From: Terriglobia bacterium
GTDB lineage: Bacteria; Acidobacteriota; Terriglobia; 20CM-2-55-15
Direction of reading: 5' to 3'
NCBI GenBank assembly: GCA_965198225.1
Contig: CBDAOY010000006.1
Span: forward strand, 192,001-256,000
Length of the DNA: 64,000 nt
This document shows, piece after piece, positions 49,848-62,647 of the stretch. The notes under the pieces are model-generated. The model was not told where the DNA came from and searched no databases. It saw only the letters and a program-made list of their open reading frames with translations. The first letter of the stretch is position 1, and the number at the start of each line of letters is the position of its first letter. The position numbers and the translations under genes were made by a program.

Positions 49848-52280
49848 CTACCTTATGATCAGGTTGAGGATCTTGTTGGGGACGTAGATCTTTTTCCGGA
49901 TCTCTTTGCCGTTGAGATGTCGGTTGACGGCCGCGTCCTCGAGGGCCGCCTCGACGACGGCCTCCTCTGCCGAATCCACCGCGACGGCGATCTTGCCTCG
50001 CATTCTTCCGTTGATCTGAACTGCGACCGTCACCGTGTCGAACGTGGTGTACGCCTCGTCCCAATCCGGCCACTTCTGCTCGAAGATAGAAGGCGCATGA
50101 CCGGTCCGCTCCCACAGTTCTTCGGCGAAGTGGGGCGCAAACGGGGACAGGACGGTGATGAAGGTCTCGACCGTCTGGCGGTCGGGTGGGGTGCCGAGGC
50201 GCTGCACCTCGTTGAGGAACTCCATCATTGCGCTGATCACCGTGTTGAGCCGGAACGAATCCAGACGCTCGGTGACTTTCTTCACGAGCAAGTGGCGCTC
50301 GGTGAGCATGTCATCGGACCCGGCCTCGGCCCAGTTCCCTTCGTGACCCAGCACCCATTTCCATGCCCGCTTCAGGAAGCGATGGACGCCGTCTATGCCC
50401 TTGTCGTTCCATTCCGCATCCATTTCGGGTGGGCCTACGAAGAGCTCGTACAACCGCAATGAATCACACCCGTAGCGTTCCACCAACTCGTCGGGATTGA
50501 CGACATTCCCCTTCGACTTCGACATTTTTTCCACGCGGCCGTTCGTGGCCAGCCGCGTGATCATGCCCTGGTTGAAGAGACGCGTGAACGGCTCCTGGAA
50601 ATCCACGACGCCGATGTCGTGGAGAAACATCGTGAAAAAGCGCGCGTAAAGCAGATGCAGGATCGCATGCTCGACGCCACCGACGTACATGTTCACGGGA
50701 AGCCATTGTTTTCCCGATTCGCCCAGCAACGTGTCTTGCTCGTAGGGGGATGTGTAGCGGAGAAAGTACCACGAGGACCCGGCCCACTGCGGCATCGTGT
50801 CGGTCTCCCGACGCCCCTCTCCGCCGCAGCCAGGACAGGGAACCCGGACCCAATCTTCGATCGCCGCCAGGGGCGACTGCCCGGTTCCGGTCGGTTCGTA
50901 GCGTTCGACGTCGGGAAGGCGTACCGGAAGATCGGCTTCGTCGACCGGGACTTCGCCGCATTCCTCGCAGTGTATGATCGGAATTGGCTCCCCCCAGTAT
51001 CGCTGGCGGGAATACACCCAGTCGCGGAGCTTGTATTGGACGGTTCCCTCCCCCAGTTCGTTTTCCTCGAGCCAGGCGATGACGGCGGAGCGACCGTCGG
51101 CGGAGTCCATGCCGGAAAACTGCCCGGATCGAACCATTCTCCCGCTACCCAGGTACGGCTCTTCGGCGACACCGGCCTCCGATGAGATGACCTCGCGGAT
51201 TTCCAGGTCGAACTTGCGGGCAAATTCGTAGTCCCGGTGGTCGTGCGCCGGCACCGCCATGATCGCTCCGGTCCCATACCCCATCAGGACGTAGTCGGCG
51301 ACCCAAATCGGGATCTCTTCCCCGTTGACCGGGTTTCTGGCATGAGCGCCGATGAACAGACCGGTTTTCTCCCGATCGCCGGTCCGGTCGATGTCAGATT
51401 GATTCCGGGCCCTCTCCACGTACTCCTCGACCTCAGCCAGCTTCTCCGGTGCCGTAAGCTCCGCGACAAGCGGATGTTCGGGGGCCAGCACCATGTAGGT
51501 CGCCCCGAACAGAGTGTCCGGCCGTGTCGTGAAGATTTCTACAGGGTGCTCCCGGCCATCGCGATCCACGGCCTTGAACGTGGCGGCAGCCCCTTCGGAT
51601 CTGCCGATCCAGTTTCGCTGCATCGTCTTGACCTTGTCGGGCCACTCGAGCCCGTCCAGTCCTGCCAGCAGTCGTTCGGCGTACACGGTGATCCGCAGCA
51701 TCCACTGCTGCATATCCTTCTTGGTGACTGCCGTCCCGCACCGTTCGCACTCACCGCCGACGACCTCTTCGTTGGCCAAGCCGGTCTTGCAGCTCGGGCA
51801 CCAGTTGATCGGCATCGCCGCCCGGTAGGCCAATCCTGCCTTGAACATCTTCACGAAGATCCACTGCGTCCAGCGGTAGTAGTCGGGGTCGGTCGTGTTG
51901 ATCTCGCGAGACCAGTCATACATCGGGCTCATCTCGATCAGCTGTCGCTTGAAGTTCTCGATGTTTCGTCTCGTGTTGGTCTCGGGATGGATGCCTTTCT
52001 GGATGGCGTCGTTCTCCGCCGGCAGACCGAACGCGTCCCATCCCATCGGATGAAGAACGTTGTAACCGCCCAGCAGTTTGTACCGGGACCAGGCGTCCGG
52101 GAGCACGTAACTGCGCCAGTGACCGACGTGCAGACCCGAACCGGAAGGGTACGGGAACATGTCGAGGCAGTAGTACTTCGGGCGCGGATCATCGTCGCTG
52201 GCTTCATAGAGACGTGCTTCTGCCCAGTACTTCCGCCACTTCTCCTCGATTTTCTTGAAACGATACCCTTCGTCGGTCAT
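49848..52280 (-). CDS. leuS: Leucyl-tRNA synthetase
   Basis: MFPYPSGSGLHVGH, TTRPDT editing domain, KMSKS. Confidence 0.97.
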   Translation of the reverse strand: MTDEGYRFKKIEEKWRKYWAEARLYEASDDDPRPKYYCLDMFPYPSGSGLHVGHWRSYVLPDAWSRYKLLGGYNVLHPMGWDAFGLPAENDAIQKGIHPETNTRRNIENFKRQLIEMSPMYDWSREINTTDPDYYRWTQWIFVKMFKAGLAYRAAMPINWCPSCKTGLANEEVVGGECERCGTAVTKKDMQQWMLRITVYAERLLAGLDGLEWPDKVKTMQRNWIGRSEGAAATFKAVDRDGREHPVEIFTTRPDTLFGATYMVLAPEHPLVAELTAPEKLAEVEEYVERARNQSDIDRTGDREKTGLFIGAHARNPVNGEEIPIWVADYVLMGYGTGAIMAVPAHDHRDYEFARKFDLEIREVISSEAGVAEEPYLGSGRMVRSGQFSGMDSADGRSAVIAWLEENELGEGTVQYKLRDWVYSRQRYWGEPIPIIHCEECGEVPVDEADLPVRLPDVERYEPTGTGQSPLAAIEDWVRVPCPGCGGEGRRETDTMPQWAGSSWYFLRYTSPYEQDTLLGESGKQWLPVNMYVGGVEHAILHLLYARFFTMFLHDIGVVDFQEPFTRLFNQGMITRLATNGRVEKMSKSKGNVVNPDELVERYGCDSLRLYELFVGPPEMDAEWNDKGIDGVHRFLKRAWKWVLGHEGNWAEAGSDDMLTERHLLVKKVTERLDSFRLNTVISAMMEFLNEVQRLGTPPDRQTVETFITVLSPFAPHFAEELWERTGHAPSIFEQKWPDWDEAYTTFDTVTVAVQINGRMRGKIAVAVDSAEEAVVEAALEDAAVNRHLNGKEIRKKIYVPNKILNLIIR

Positions 52281-52444
52281 GGAATCAGCTATCAGCTCAA
52301 TCGGACGCGACTATCGTCGCATTCCCGAAATAGCTCCTCGGGTACTGCGCCGTAGTTTGTCCGGCGCTGGTGACTGTGCTGCCGGGGCCCCGTCCGTTGC
52401 TGAGAGCTGAAAGCTGTTGCTGACAGCACGCTTGATCTTGAAGA

Positions 52445-52861
52445 TCAAGCGTCAGCTCCGTCGACCCATCTCACGAGATTATCTTCGGCATCCATCGCCT
52501 CATTCGCCAAACGGTCCGAATCCTTGTTGGCTTCCCGGCGGACGTGTACGATCGAAAAATCCGGTATCAGAGCGATCCAGCGTTGCGCCGCCTCGTACAG
52601 GGGCTTGATGTTCTCATTGCGGACTTTGTAGGCCCCGTTGATCTGTTTGACGACCAGCTCGGAATCCGAGAAAACCCTCAGCCTGCTCGAACGTCGGGCA
52701 ACGGCAAACCGCAGGGCGAGAACCAGAGCCGAATACTCGGCAAAGTTGTTGGTCTGACGGCCCAGGTACTCGGCGATTTCGACAACTCCAGGAAAGTACA
52801 CTCCTACGCCGGCAGGTCCGGGATTTCCTCGGGACCCACCGTCGATGTATACCTCCGTCAT
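52445..52861 (-). CDS. rnhA: Ribonuclease HI
   Basis: IDGGSRGNPG, TNNFAEY, SDSELVVKQ, REANKDSD. Confidence 0.92.
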   Translation of the reverse strand: MTEVYIDGGSRGNPGPAGVGVYFPGVVEIAEYLGRQTNNFAEYSALVLALRFAVARRSSRLRVFSDSELVVKQINGAYKVRNENIKPLYEAAQRWIALIPDFSIVHVRREANKDSDRLANEAMDAEDNLVRWVDGADA

Positions 52862-53592
52862 GCGACTTCGAACGGGTGGTCGAGATTCTCGGGATCGTAG
52901 AGTATGCGAGCGCAGCTGTCGCAGGTAATGATCTGGTCGTTCTTGCGAACTTCCTGGAACTTCTGAGGCCTCATTCGCACGTTGCAGAGTTCGCAGGCTT
53001 CGTCGCTGGCTTTCGAGAGGGCGACACCCCCGCGCGCCTTCCCGATACGCTCGTAACGCGACAAAACGTCCTCGGAGATGCCCTGCGCCAGAACCTTCCG
53101 CTCGGCAAGATAAGCTTCGAGGGCAGTCGTGTCGGCGGCATTGAACTCTTCCAAACGCCTGCGCTCAGCCTGGACGGTCTTTTCGTCTTCGGCAAGTCGC
53201 GCTTGGGCAGCCTTCACCTCTTCCTCCAGAGTTTCCAACTCGACCATCAGCGCCAGGATCTCGTCTTCCACGCTGCCGATCGACGTTTGGCCGTACTCGA
53301 TCTCCTTGATCATCGCCTTGTATTCCTCATTGGTCTTCACACTCATCAGCTGTTCCTTGTACTTCGAGATCTTGGACTCGACGTCGGCAACCTGAGCCTC
53401 AAGTTGCTTGCGCTTCGCCTGGTTGCGCCCGATGTCGTCCTTCGCCGTGGTCACTACCGCTTTGGCCGAACTCAGCTGATCGTCCAGAGCCTTGGACTTC
53501 CCCGGAAAAGCCTCGGTCTTCCGGCGCAGTTCCTGTATTTCCAGGTCGACGGCCTGAAGGCGGATGAGGTTCTTCAGGTCCGAGTTCATCAT
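52858..53592 (-). CDS. Coiled-coil plus C4 zinc-ribbon protein (DUF164/CT398-like)
   Basis: Long heptad coil followed by CELC...CDSCARILY. Confidence 0.88.
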   Translation of the reverse strand: MMNSDLKNLIRLQAVDLEIQELRRKTEAFPGKSKALDDQLSSAKAVVTTAKDDIGRNQAKRKQLEAQVADVESKISKYKEQLMSVKTNEEYKAMIKEIEYGQTSIGSVEDEILALMVELETLEEEVKAAQARLAEDEKTVQAERRRLEEFNAADTTALEAYLAERKVLAQGISEDVLSRYERIGKARGGVALSKASDEACELCNVRMRPQKFQEVRKNDQIITCDSCARILYDPENLDHPFEVA

Positions 53593-53612
53593 GTAACGTC
53601 GAGCCCTGAAGA

Positions 53613-53786
53613 AGTGGTCAGTGGCCAGCGGTCAGCGGTCAGCGAAGGGGTGTCTCGAAAGGATCGCGCCTTTCCTCGCGAAACGGAGTCCTCTTTGGTC
53701 GAAGAACAGACAGGTGCCAGTGGTGCGTACTCACACATGAGGCGGAAAACCGAAAACCGGCCACTGGTCACTGACCACTGGCCACT
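53613..53786. repeat. Heptamer-periodic inverted arms (CAGTGGT-type)
   Basis: agtggtcagtggccagcggtcagcggtcagc ... accggccactggtcactgaccactggccact. Confidence 0.8.
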
Positions 53787-53793
53787 CAAAAAA

Positions 53794-53867
53794 TGGGCCC
53801 AGTAGGACTCGAACCTACGACAACCCGGTTATGAGCCGGGGGCTCTAACCGACTGAGCTATGGGCCC
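53794..53867 (-). tRNA. tRNA with CAT anticodon, probably tRNA-Ile2 (lysidine); CCA not encoded
   Basis: GGGCCCATAGCTCAGTCGGTTAGAGC-CCCGGCTCATAACCGGG-..GGTTCGAGTCC-..TGGGCCCA; paired G1-C72 excludes initiator; lies downstream of rpoD like ileX. Confidence 0.93.
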
Positions 53868-53893
53868 CAACCACCGATCGCTCGGAGGAATCC

Positions 53894-53995
53894 AGCCACG
53901 GATTACACGGATTTACCGGACCGAATGTCCTTCGATTGGCACAACTTCTTCCGTTCCGTGTAATCCGTGGCTATGTATTCCGCGTAATCCGTGTA
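53894..53995. repeat. Nonamer-periodic inverted repeat (CACGGATTA-type) after rpoD
   Basis: agccacggattacacggattt ... tccgtgtaatccgtggct. Confidence 0.8.
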
Positions 53996-53996
53996 A

Positions 53997-55703
<1,707 letters not shown>

Positions 55704-56072
55704 GATCCTCCAGGTCGTATCTACTTCTTATAGTTGCGGTTAGACATGGAGCTCCAACCGGAACCGAACCCTCGCGGACGTGGCTTGTGGGATTTGGTGT
55801 GTTTTGAGGGCAGACGAAACCCTCCATGAGTTTCCCGCAAACTTATAGAATACGCCGGGACAGCTCATTTTCAAATAGTTAAGCATGTTAAAAGCTACCC
55901 AAAAAATATTTGAAATCTTGGGCTAGGCGATCAGCCGTCGGCTGTCAGCTATCGGCTCAATCGGATGGGACTATCGTCCCGCGAAGCAGCTGCAAGCTGC
56001 GCGCTGATCGCTGACCGCACGCTTGATCCCTACAATCTGATAACAAAGTCCTCAACCTTGAGGATCAAGCGT

Positions 56073-57782
56073 CTAGGGACGGATGGCCTTCAACCGCGAC
56101 TTTTCGGTAGCGATCGCCATCTGCTTTTCCAGAAGCTCAGCCGGTGCCGCACCCGGACCGTACTCTTTCAGCTTCTCGCGGATTTCCTTCTCCTTCTTGA
56201 CCAAGTGGTCCTGGTAGAGTTGGCCCATCGAAACAATGGCAACTTCCGGAGGAATCTGGCCGAAGGGTTCCAGGACGGCGGCCCGGACCTCCCGCTGGAG
56301 GTCCTCATCCCCTATACCCTCCAGGGCGTTCTCCACATCGGAAATGGGTTCTGCGATGAGTCGCTCAAGGAGAGGACCCGACCAGACCCCCTTCAGAAAG
56401 TCGTTCTCGAGAAAACGGCTAAGTGGCTCCGCTATGCCGGGGTCTTGAAGGAGAGCCTGGATAATCTGCTTCTCGGCCAGCGTCAGCCTGCGGCTTGCCG
56501 GACTAGCCGGCGAAACCGGAGGAACAGCTTTCCTACCGCCCCTCAGCTGTTCGAGTACCAATTCGTCGGGCAGCGAGAAGCCCTCCGCGATGGCCCTGGC
56601 CACTTCCAACTGGACGACCCGATCCGGAACGTGACTCGCGTATCCGGCAATCTCGGCAAGGACGCGCGACTTGAATTCGGGCCGGGACAGGTCGCCGCTG
56701 GCTCGGGCTTCGGAAATCAGATGCTCCCAGAAATAAGGCGCACCGTCGAGCTGCCGCCGGTACGCCTCGGCCCCTTCCTTCCGAACATAGTCGTCCGGGT
56801 CCAGGCCGCCAGGCAGACTGAGAATCCGGACGGTAAGGCCACGCTCGAGAAGCAACTCGATCGACCTCCTGGCGGCGCTCTGGCCGGCGGCGTCCGGATC
56901 GTAGTTGATAATGACTTCCGGCACGTAGCGTGACAGCACTGCAACCTGTTGCGAAGTAAGGCTGGTTCCGCAGGATGCCACGACGTTCTCGACCCCGTTC
57001 TGGTGAAGGCTCAGGCAGTCGAAGTATCCCTCGACGACAACCATTCGGCCGCTCTTCCGGGCCTGGCTTCGGGCCAGGTGTAGACCGTAGAGGACGAACG
57101 ATTTCGAATAGAGGGCCGATTCGGGTGAGTTCAAGTATTTCGGGTTTCCTTCGCCGACGATGCGTCCCCCGAAGGCAATCACTTTTCCCCGTTCGTTCCA
57201 GATCGGGAACATCAAACGACGGCGAAAGCGATCGTATGTCTCCCCGCGATCGTTCCGGATGAACAGGCCGGTCCTGACCGGATCCTTCGGGTGGAGAAGC
57301 TTCAGCAGGCCGGCCGGCGGCGCATACCCGAGCCCGAACCGCTCGATAAACTCGGGACGAATCTCCCGGCGCTCCAGAATCTGCCTGGCGGCAATGCCTT
57401 CCGGAGTATCGAGTTTCTTCCGGAAATACGCGCCGGCTTTTTCGTTCAGGTCCAGCAGCCACTCTCGTTCCCTCGAGGCGCGATCATCGCCCACGGAAAC
57501 CTTCGGTATCGGAACGCCGCACTTCTCGGCCACTATCCTTATGGATTCAGGGAAGGAAACCTGCTCGACCAGCATGACGAACTTGAATACGTCTCCCCCG
57601 ACCCCACAACCAAAACAATGGAAGATCTGCTTCTCACGATGGACCGAAAACGAGGGTGTTTTCTCCGAATGGAACGGGCACAGTCCCTTGAGGTTGTTCC
57701 CGCTGCCCTTGAGCGCCACGTAGTCGGACACCACGCGGGCGATATCGGCGGAGAACCGGATCGATTCGGCCAAGTTTTTCAT
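56073..57782 (-). CDS. dnaG: DNA primase
   Basis: CPFHSEKTPSF..CFGC, KYLNSPE, VEGYFD, DPDAAG, DPDD. Confidence 0.96.
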   Translation of the reverse strand: MKNLAESIRFSADIARVVSDYVALKGSGNNLKGLCPFHSEKTPSFSVHREKQIFHCFGCGVGGDVFKFVMLVEQVSFPESIRIVAEKCGVPIPKVSVGDDRASREREWLLDLNEKAGAYFRKKLDTPEGIAARQILERREIRPEFIERFGLGYAPPAGLLKLLHPKDPVRTGLFIRNDRGETYDRFRRRLMFPIWNERGKVIAFGGRIVGEGNPKYLNSPESALYSKSFVLYGLHLARSQARKSGRMVVVEGYFDCLSLHQNGVENVVASCGTSLTSQQVAVLSRYVPEVIINYDPDAAGQSAARRSIELLLERGLTVRILSLPGGLDPDDYVRKEGAEAYRRQLDGAPYFWEHLISEARASGDLSRPEFKSRVLAEIAGYASHVPDRVVQLEVARAIAEGFSLPDELVLEQLRGGRKAVPPVSPASPASRRLTLAEKQIIQALLQDPGIAEPLSRFLENDFLKGVWSGPLLERLIAEPISDVENALEGIGDEDLQREVRAAVLEPFGQIPPEVAIVSMGQLYQDHLVKKEKEIREKLKEYGPGAAPAELLEKQMAIATEKSRLKAIRP

Positions 57783-57906
57783 CAGCGGATGGGAAGGAGC
57801 CTCAGCAAAAAAGAAAATCAAACAATTTATACTACCGGCCCGGGGAATCGCAACGAATAGGGAGATTTTCGTCCAGGGAAAGGCCCAAACAGGACCCGAC
57901 CGTTCT

Positions 57907-58160
57907 TTAGCGTCGGGCCCACCGTCCCCCTCTGACCCCAACGACGGCGTTCGACGACACACGCGCATTGCGGACGGCTAAGTAGAAAGACAGCTGGTCC
58001 GGTCCCCCCACGCCCGGAGCTTTCACCAGAGTCTTCGCTTGTTCCACAGGCCCGCCGTACCATTTTTCTGCGGTCTTTGGTTTCGCTTACGGTCCGTGAG
58101 AGAGCCAATGTGAGGGGGACAGGGGCCTGGCCCTGTCCCCGGGTGTTCGGTTGAGCAAAG
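57907..58160. repeat. Composite of dispersed repeat blocks in the mutS2-dnaG spacer
   Basis: 57907-57932 and 57984-58014 are exact revcomp of 41971-41996 and 41889-41919; 58101-58160 resembles 11318-11375. Confidence 0.85.
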
Positions 58161-58172
58161 AAGTGGGGGAAC

Positions 58173-60518
58173 TCAATCCTTCAACGTGACGATGACGGCG
58201 CCGCCTCCGCCTTGGCTTTGGGGGGCCGATTCGAACCGGGCGACATGAGGATGGCTCTCCAGGAATTCTGAGACGGCTTTGCGCAGCACGCCCCTGCCGA
58301 AGCCGTGGATGATGCGAACCGTCGGGGCTGCCGAAAGGAATGCGTCGTCGAGAAACTTGTCCAGGCGGGAGACGGCCTCTTCGGCCGTGCAACCGATCAG
58401 GTTGAGTTCGATCGACTCCAGATGTTTCTCCGAAAAGTCGAAGTGCACGCCCTCGGGAAGCTTGACGCCGGCCTCCTCGACGAGCTCGATGTCGCTTATC
58501 GGGCGACGGACCTTCATGTTGCCGAGGGTGACCTCGACTTCCCGTTTCAATACCCGCGACACGGGGCCGCTGACACCCAGCGACACGACACGCACACGAT
58601 CACCGGCTTCCGGCATCCTGGAAGCAGGACCCTCGGTCCGGGTGGCTACCTTCGATTGGTCCTCGGGGTGGAGTTCGCGGTGGATCTCCCAGCTGGCCCG
58701 GGCCCGGGCATCGGCGAGTTTGCGTTCGAACCGCTTCGCGGCTTCTTTGCTCGCCGTCGCGAGCTCCGCGGCGGCCCTCTCGCGAATGTCGGCAACGATC
58801 GAGTCCAGGCGCTCCTCGACCCGGTCGAGTTCGGCGCGGCGTTCCTCCTCGACTCGCCGGGTCATCTCTTCCTTCCAGGTCTGGAATTCGTTCCGATCGC
58901 TCTCGAGCTCGGACTTCTCCCGTTCCAGGTTCTCGATACGGGTCTTCAGTTCGTCGACATAACGCGCGGCCTGCAATTCGGCGTCGTCCAGCGATTCGCG
59001 GGCCTCGGCCAGCAACTGCCGGGGGAGACCGAACCGTTCGGCGATCTTCAACCCGCTGGACGACCCGGCAAGCCCATCGATGAGGTGATAGGTGGGTTCG
59101 AGAGTCTCTTCGTCGAACTCCATCGCCGCATTTCGGACGCCTTGACGGGTCTCGGCATACATCTTGAGACGGTTGTAGTGGGTGGACGCCAGCGTCAACG
59201 AACCGACGGTCCGGAAATGTTCCAGGACCGCTGTCGCCAGCGCGGCGCCTTCGGCGGGTTCGGTGCTGCTTCCGATCTCATCCAGCAGGATCAGCGAGCC
59301 GGCACTCGCGTGTTCAGCCATGTCTTTGATCGCAAGGACGTGGGCGGAAAAGGTGCTCAGCTGGTTCGTAATCGATTGCAGATCGCCGATGTCGGCCAGT
59401 ACGCGGTCCATGATCGGAAGCACCGCTTTTGCGGCAGGAAGCGGGATTCCCGACTGGGCCATCAACGACAGCATCCCCAGCGTTTTTAAGACGACCGTCT
59501 TGCCCCCTGCATTGGGACCGCTGATGACCAGGACCCGATCATCGCCATCCATGTCGAGGTTGAGGGGAACGGGCTTTCCATCCGGACGAAGATTGTCCTG
59601 GAGAAGGGGGTGCCGGGCTCCCTCCAGGCGCAGGCGCTTGTCCGAAAACGTCGGCGCCACGCAATCGAAATCCCTACCGAACCGGCAGCGTCCGAAAACG
59701 AGCTCCATCTCCGACCAGAGCTCTCTGGCAAAGTGGAGATCGTCGACCTGCTCCTGGATCCGATCCGTCAGCTCCCCGAGAATCCGTTGGATTTCGCGCT
59801 GCTGTTCCTCTTCAAGCCGAACGATCTCATTGTTCAGTTCCAGCGTGTCGAGCGGCTCCATGAACACCGTCGCGCCGCTGGAGGAGCTCCCATGCATGAT
59901 GCCGTCGAAGGTTCGTTTCTGCTCGGCGCGCACCGGAATCACGTAGCGGCCGTTCCGGATCGTGATGAGTCGATCCTGGAGTTGATCGGCGAACTCGGGG
60001 CTCTTGATCATGCCTTCCAGCTTGCGGTTCAGCCGGACCCGTGCCGTCTCCGCGGCGCGCCGGAGACGTTTCAGCGCCGGGCTGTAGTCTTCGTTGATCT
60101 CCCCGCTCCGAACGGCCCGACCGAGCAGGGAAGCGAGTTCCCGGAGGTCCGGAAACCTTCGGGCCTTGCCGGCCAGCAGCGGAAAGTCTCCGGCATCGCT
60201 CTTCCATCGTGTCCGGAAACCTTCAGCCTGCCCCAGGAAGTCCTGGAGCGCTTCCACCTCGGACACGTCCAGCGTCACGCCGCGAAGGTCGAGCTTTCCG
60301 ACCAGCGAACCCAGCAACGGAATGTCGGAAAACGAGACCCGGTGCTCGCGCAGATAATCCATCGCCTCGCGGTTCAGAGCATGCTGGGCTTCGAGGACTT
60401 CGCGGTCGCGGATGGGCTCCAACGCTGCAAGTAGTTCCAGTGCGCCCTCACCGGTGACATAACCACCCAGCAGCTGCTTGAGCCGATCGTATTCGAGCGC
60501 TCGGAGGGAGAAGTCCAT
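58173..60518 (-). CDS. mutS2: Endonuclease MutS2
   Basis: ISGPNAGGKT, LSTFSAH, LDEIG, STHY, Smr domain IIHGFGRG. Confidence 0.95.
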   Translation of the reverse strand: MDFSLRALEYDRLKQLLGGYVTGEGALELLAALEPIRDREVLEAQHALNREAMDYLREHRVSFSDIPLLGSLVGKLDLRGVTLDVSEVEALQDFLGQAEGFRTRWKSDAGDFPLLAGKARRFPDLRELASLLGRAVRSGEINEDYSPALKRLRRAAETARVRLNRKLEGMIKSPEFADQLQDRLITIRNGRYVIPVRAEQKRTFDGIMHGSSSSGATVFMEPLDTLELNNEIVRLEEEQQREIQRILGELTDRIQEQVDDLHFARELWSEMELVFGRCRFGRDFDCVAPTFSDKRLRLEGARHPLLQDNLRPDGKPVPLNLDMDGDDRVLVISGPNAGGKTVVLKTLGMLSLMAQSGIPLPAAKAVLPIMDRVLADIGDLQSITNQLSTFSAHVLAIKDMAEHASAGSLILLDEIGSSTEPAEGAALATAVLEHFRTVGSLTLASTHYNRLKMYAETRQGVRNAAMEFDEETLEPTYHLIDGLAGSSSGLKIAERFGLPRQLLAEARESLDDAELQAARYVDELKTRIENLEREKSELESDRNEFQTWKEEMTRRVEEERRAELDRVEERLDSIVADIRERAAAELATASKEAAKRFERKLADARARASWEIHRELHPEDQSKVATRTEGPASRMPEAGDRVRVVSLGVSGPVSRVLKREVEVTLGNMKVRRPISDIELVEEAGVKLPEGVHFDFSEKHLESIELNLIGCTAEEAVSRLDKFLDDAFLSAAPTVRIIHGFGRGVLRKAVSEFLESHPHVARFESAPQSQGGGGAVIVTLKD

Positions 60519-60526
60519 CTCTAGCC

Positions 60527-61273
60527 TCAAAGGCGATTGATGAGGCTGGCAACAACACCGGCCCCGTAGCCGTTGTCGATGTTGACGACGCTGACGTTGG
60601 AGGCGCACGAGTTGAGCATACCCAGCAGGGCGGCGACCCCTTTGAAGCTTGCGCCGTAACCGACGCTGGTCGGGACGGCGATCACGGGCACCGCAACGAG
60701 ACCGCCAACGACGCTGGGGAGGGCGCCCTCCATACCGGCGACCACCACGATGACGCGCGCTTCGGTCAAACGCGGCTGACGATCCAGCAGCCGGTGCAGA
60801 CCTGCCACACCGACGTCATAGAGCGCATCGGTGTGGTTTCCCATCACCTCCAGCGTCACGGCGGCCTCTTCGGCGACAGGGATGTCGGAAGTTCCGGCCG
60901 AGATGATCATCGCCGTGCCCTTCCCAAGCACGGTCGGATCCTTGATGACGGAAATGGCACGCGACCGCTCGTGGAAGCGGGCGTGGGTATCCAGTTCCCG
61001 AACGCGTTCGTAAGCGGACGGTTTGCTTCTCGTCACGAGGATGTTGTGCCCGCTCTCCAGCATCGAAGCGACGATGCCGTGGACTTCATCGTCGGTCTTG
61101 CCTTCGCCGAACACGACCTCCGGATAGCCCTGACGCAGAGACCGGTGGTGATCGACATTGGCAAAAGTGAGGTCTTCAAACGGAAGAACCCTCAGCCGTC
61201 CCAGAGCACCCTCGGTGGAAATGGATCCGCTCTTATGCTCGTCCAGAACCCGTTTGATTTGGTCTTCAGTCAT
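60527..61273 (-). CDS. larB: LarB / AIR-carboxylase-like protein
   Basis: [44 protein letters not shown]. Confidence 0.9.
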   Translation of the reverse strand: MTEDQIKRVLDEHKSGSISTEGALGRLRVLPFEDLTFANVDHHRSLRQGYPEVVFGEGKTDDEVHGIVASMLESGHNILVTRSKPSAYERVRELDTHARFHERSRAISVIKDPTVLGKGTAMIISAGTSDIPVAEEAAVTLEVMGNHTDALYDVGVAGLHRLLDRQPRLTEARVIVVVAGMEGALPSVVGGLVAVPVIAVPTSVGYGASFKGVAALLGMLNSCASNVSVVNIDNGYGAGVVASLINRL

Positions 61274-61286
61274 TTGGGATGGGGAA

Positions 61287-61385
61287 GTAGTCAGTAGTCA
61301 GTAGTCAGTTAGATGATGATGCCACGGTTCGCGTTCCGACTCGTCACTTGTCACTGACCACTTCTTACTTGTCACCAGTCACTTG
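61287..61385. repeat. Heptamer-periodic arms upstream of larB
   Basis: agtagtcagtagtcagtagtcagtt ... gtcacttgtcactgaccacttcttacttgtcaccagtcact. Confidence 0.7.
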
Positions 61386-61486
61386 CTCCGATGACAAAGT
61401 ATTCAATATAACCATGGAAGGGACAGAAATCAGAAAATTGTGGCGTTCAAAGCGACGGGGCGGCTATGTTGAACAATCGGCGTGTC

Positions 61487-61760
61487 TAGCAGCCCGTGGC
61501 AGAAGGCTGATGGTTCGCGCGCACGGGTCTTGCGAGGCGGAGACGAGGCGCGAGGAGGAACTGATGCGGTTTCATCATGACGACGAGCAACAAAGTATCC
61601 GACCGCAACCCCCGTGCGCCCGGAGGGTTACGGCGGCGTCACACCATCTGCGTTGTTGCCGCACCTCAACGATGTACCAGCATCGCCGTTGGCGCGGCGC
61701 CTAACATCTGGCGCAACGCCGCCGTAACGCGAGCCATCAGCCTTCTGCCACGGGCTGTTT
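61487..61760. mobile_element. MITE-like element, ~274 bp, related to 43513-43787
   Basis: Left TAGCAGCCCGTGGCAGAAGGCTGATGGTTCGCG vs right (revcomp) AAACAGCCCGTGGCAGAAGGCTGATGGCTCGCG. Confidence 0.8.
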
Positions 61761-61781
61761 GAGCCCGGCGGAGAAGAAGCT

Positions 61782-62639
61782 TTGGTCTGGAATAAACTCA
61801 AGATAACGCTCGAGATGATTAAGTTCGAGCACACGATCTTCGCGCTTCCGTTCGCGTTGATCGCGGCCCTGCTCGCAGCCGGCGGCCTGCCCGGTGCCTG
61901 GCAGATCGTGTGGATTCTGGCCGCGATGGTCGGAGCCCGGAGCGCCGCGATGACTTTCAACCGGATTGTGGATTACCGCTTTGACCGGGACAACCCGCGG
62001 ACAAGCGGCCGCGCGCTTCCGACCGGCTCGCTCTCGATGGGTTTCGCCGTCGCGTTCACGGTGGCGATGTCGGTTCTTTTCATCGCCTCGGCTGCGCTGC
62101 TGAATCCCCTCTGCTTCTACCTTTCCTTTCCGACTCTGGCCATACTGCTGTCTTACTCCTATACGAAGCGCTTCACCTCGTTGAGCCACATTGCGCTCGG
62201 ATTCGCCATCGGTCTGGCGCCGCTGGGCGCGTGGCTGGCGGTAAGCGGCAGTTTTGCTCTGCCCCCGGTCTTGCTGGGGTTCGCGGTGACGCTCTGGATT
62301 GCGGGGTTCGACATCATCTACGCCTGCCAGGACTCGGATTTCGATCGACGGGCCAACCTCTTCTCCATCCCGTCGCGGTGGGGTATCGGGCCGGCGCTTC
62401 GGATCTCAACCGCCCTGCATGTGGGCACCGTTTTTCTGTTGGTCCTGATCGCTCGAGAGAGCAATCTTGGGCCGATTGCGTACGGAGGCATCGCGATCGT
62501 TGCAGGGATACTCTACTGGGAACACCGTATCGTACGCCCGGACGACCTGAGCCGCGTGAATGTCGCATTCTTCAACCTGAACGGTTACGTCAGCCTTTTG
62601 CTTCTGGCCGCGTTCGCAACCGACATCCTTGCGATGTAG
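61782..62639 (+). CDS. UbiA-family polyprenyltransferase (MqnP-like)
   Basis: IKFEHTIFALPF, NRIVDYRFDRDNPRT, YSYTKRF, GFDIIYACQD. Confidence 0.9.
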   Translation: MVWNKLKITLEMIKFEHTIFALPFALIAALLAAGGLPGAWQIVWILAAMVGARSAAMTFNRIVDYRFDRDNPRTSGRALPTGSLSMGFAVAFTVAMSVLFIASAALLNPLCFYLSFPTLAILLSYSYTKRFTSLSHIALGFAIGLAPLGAWLAVSGSFALPPVLLGFAVTLWIAGFDIIYACQDSDFDRRANLFSIPSRWGIGPALRISTALHVGTVFLLVLIARESNLGPIAYGGIAIVAGILYWEHRIVRPDDLSRVNVAFFNLNGYVSLLLLAAFATDILAM

Positions 62640-62647
62640 GAGATTTG

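Noticed and set aside
53794-53867. tRNA as prophage or island attachment site
   Set aside because: No integrase and no duplicated tRNA 3' end; flanked by core genes
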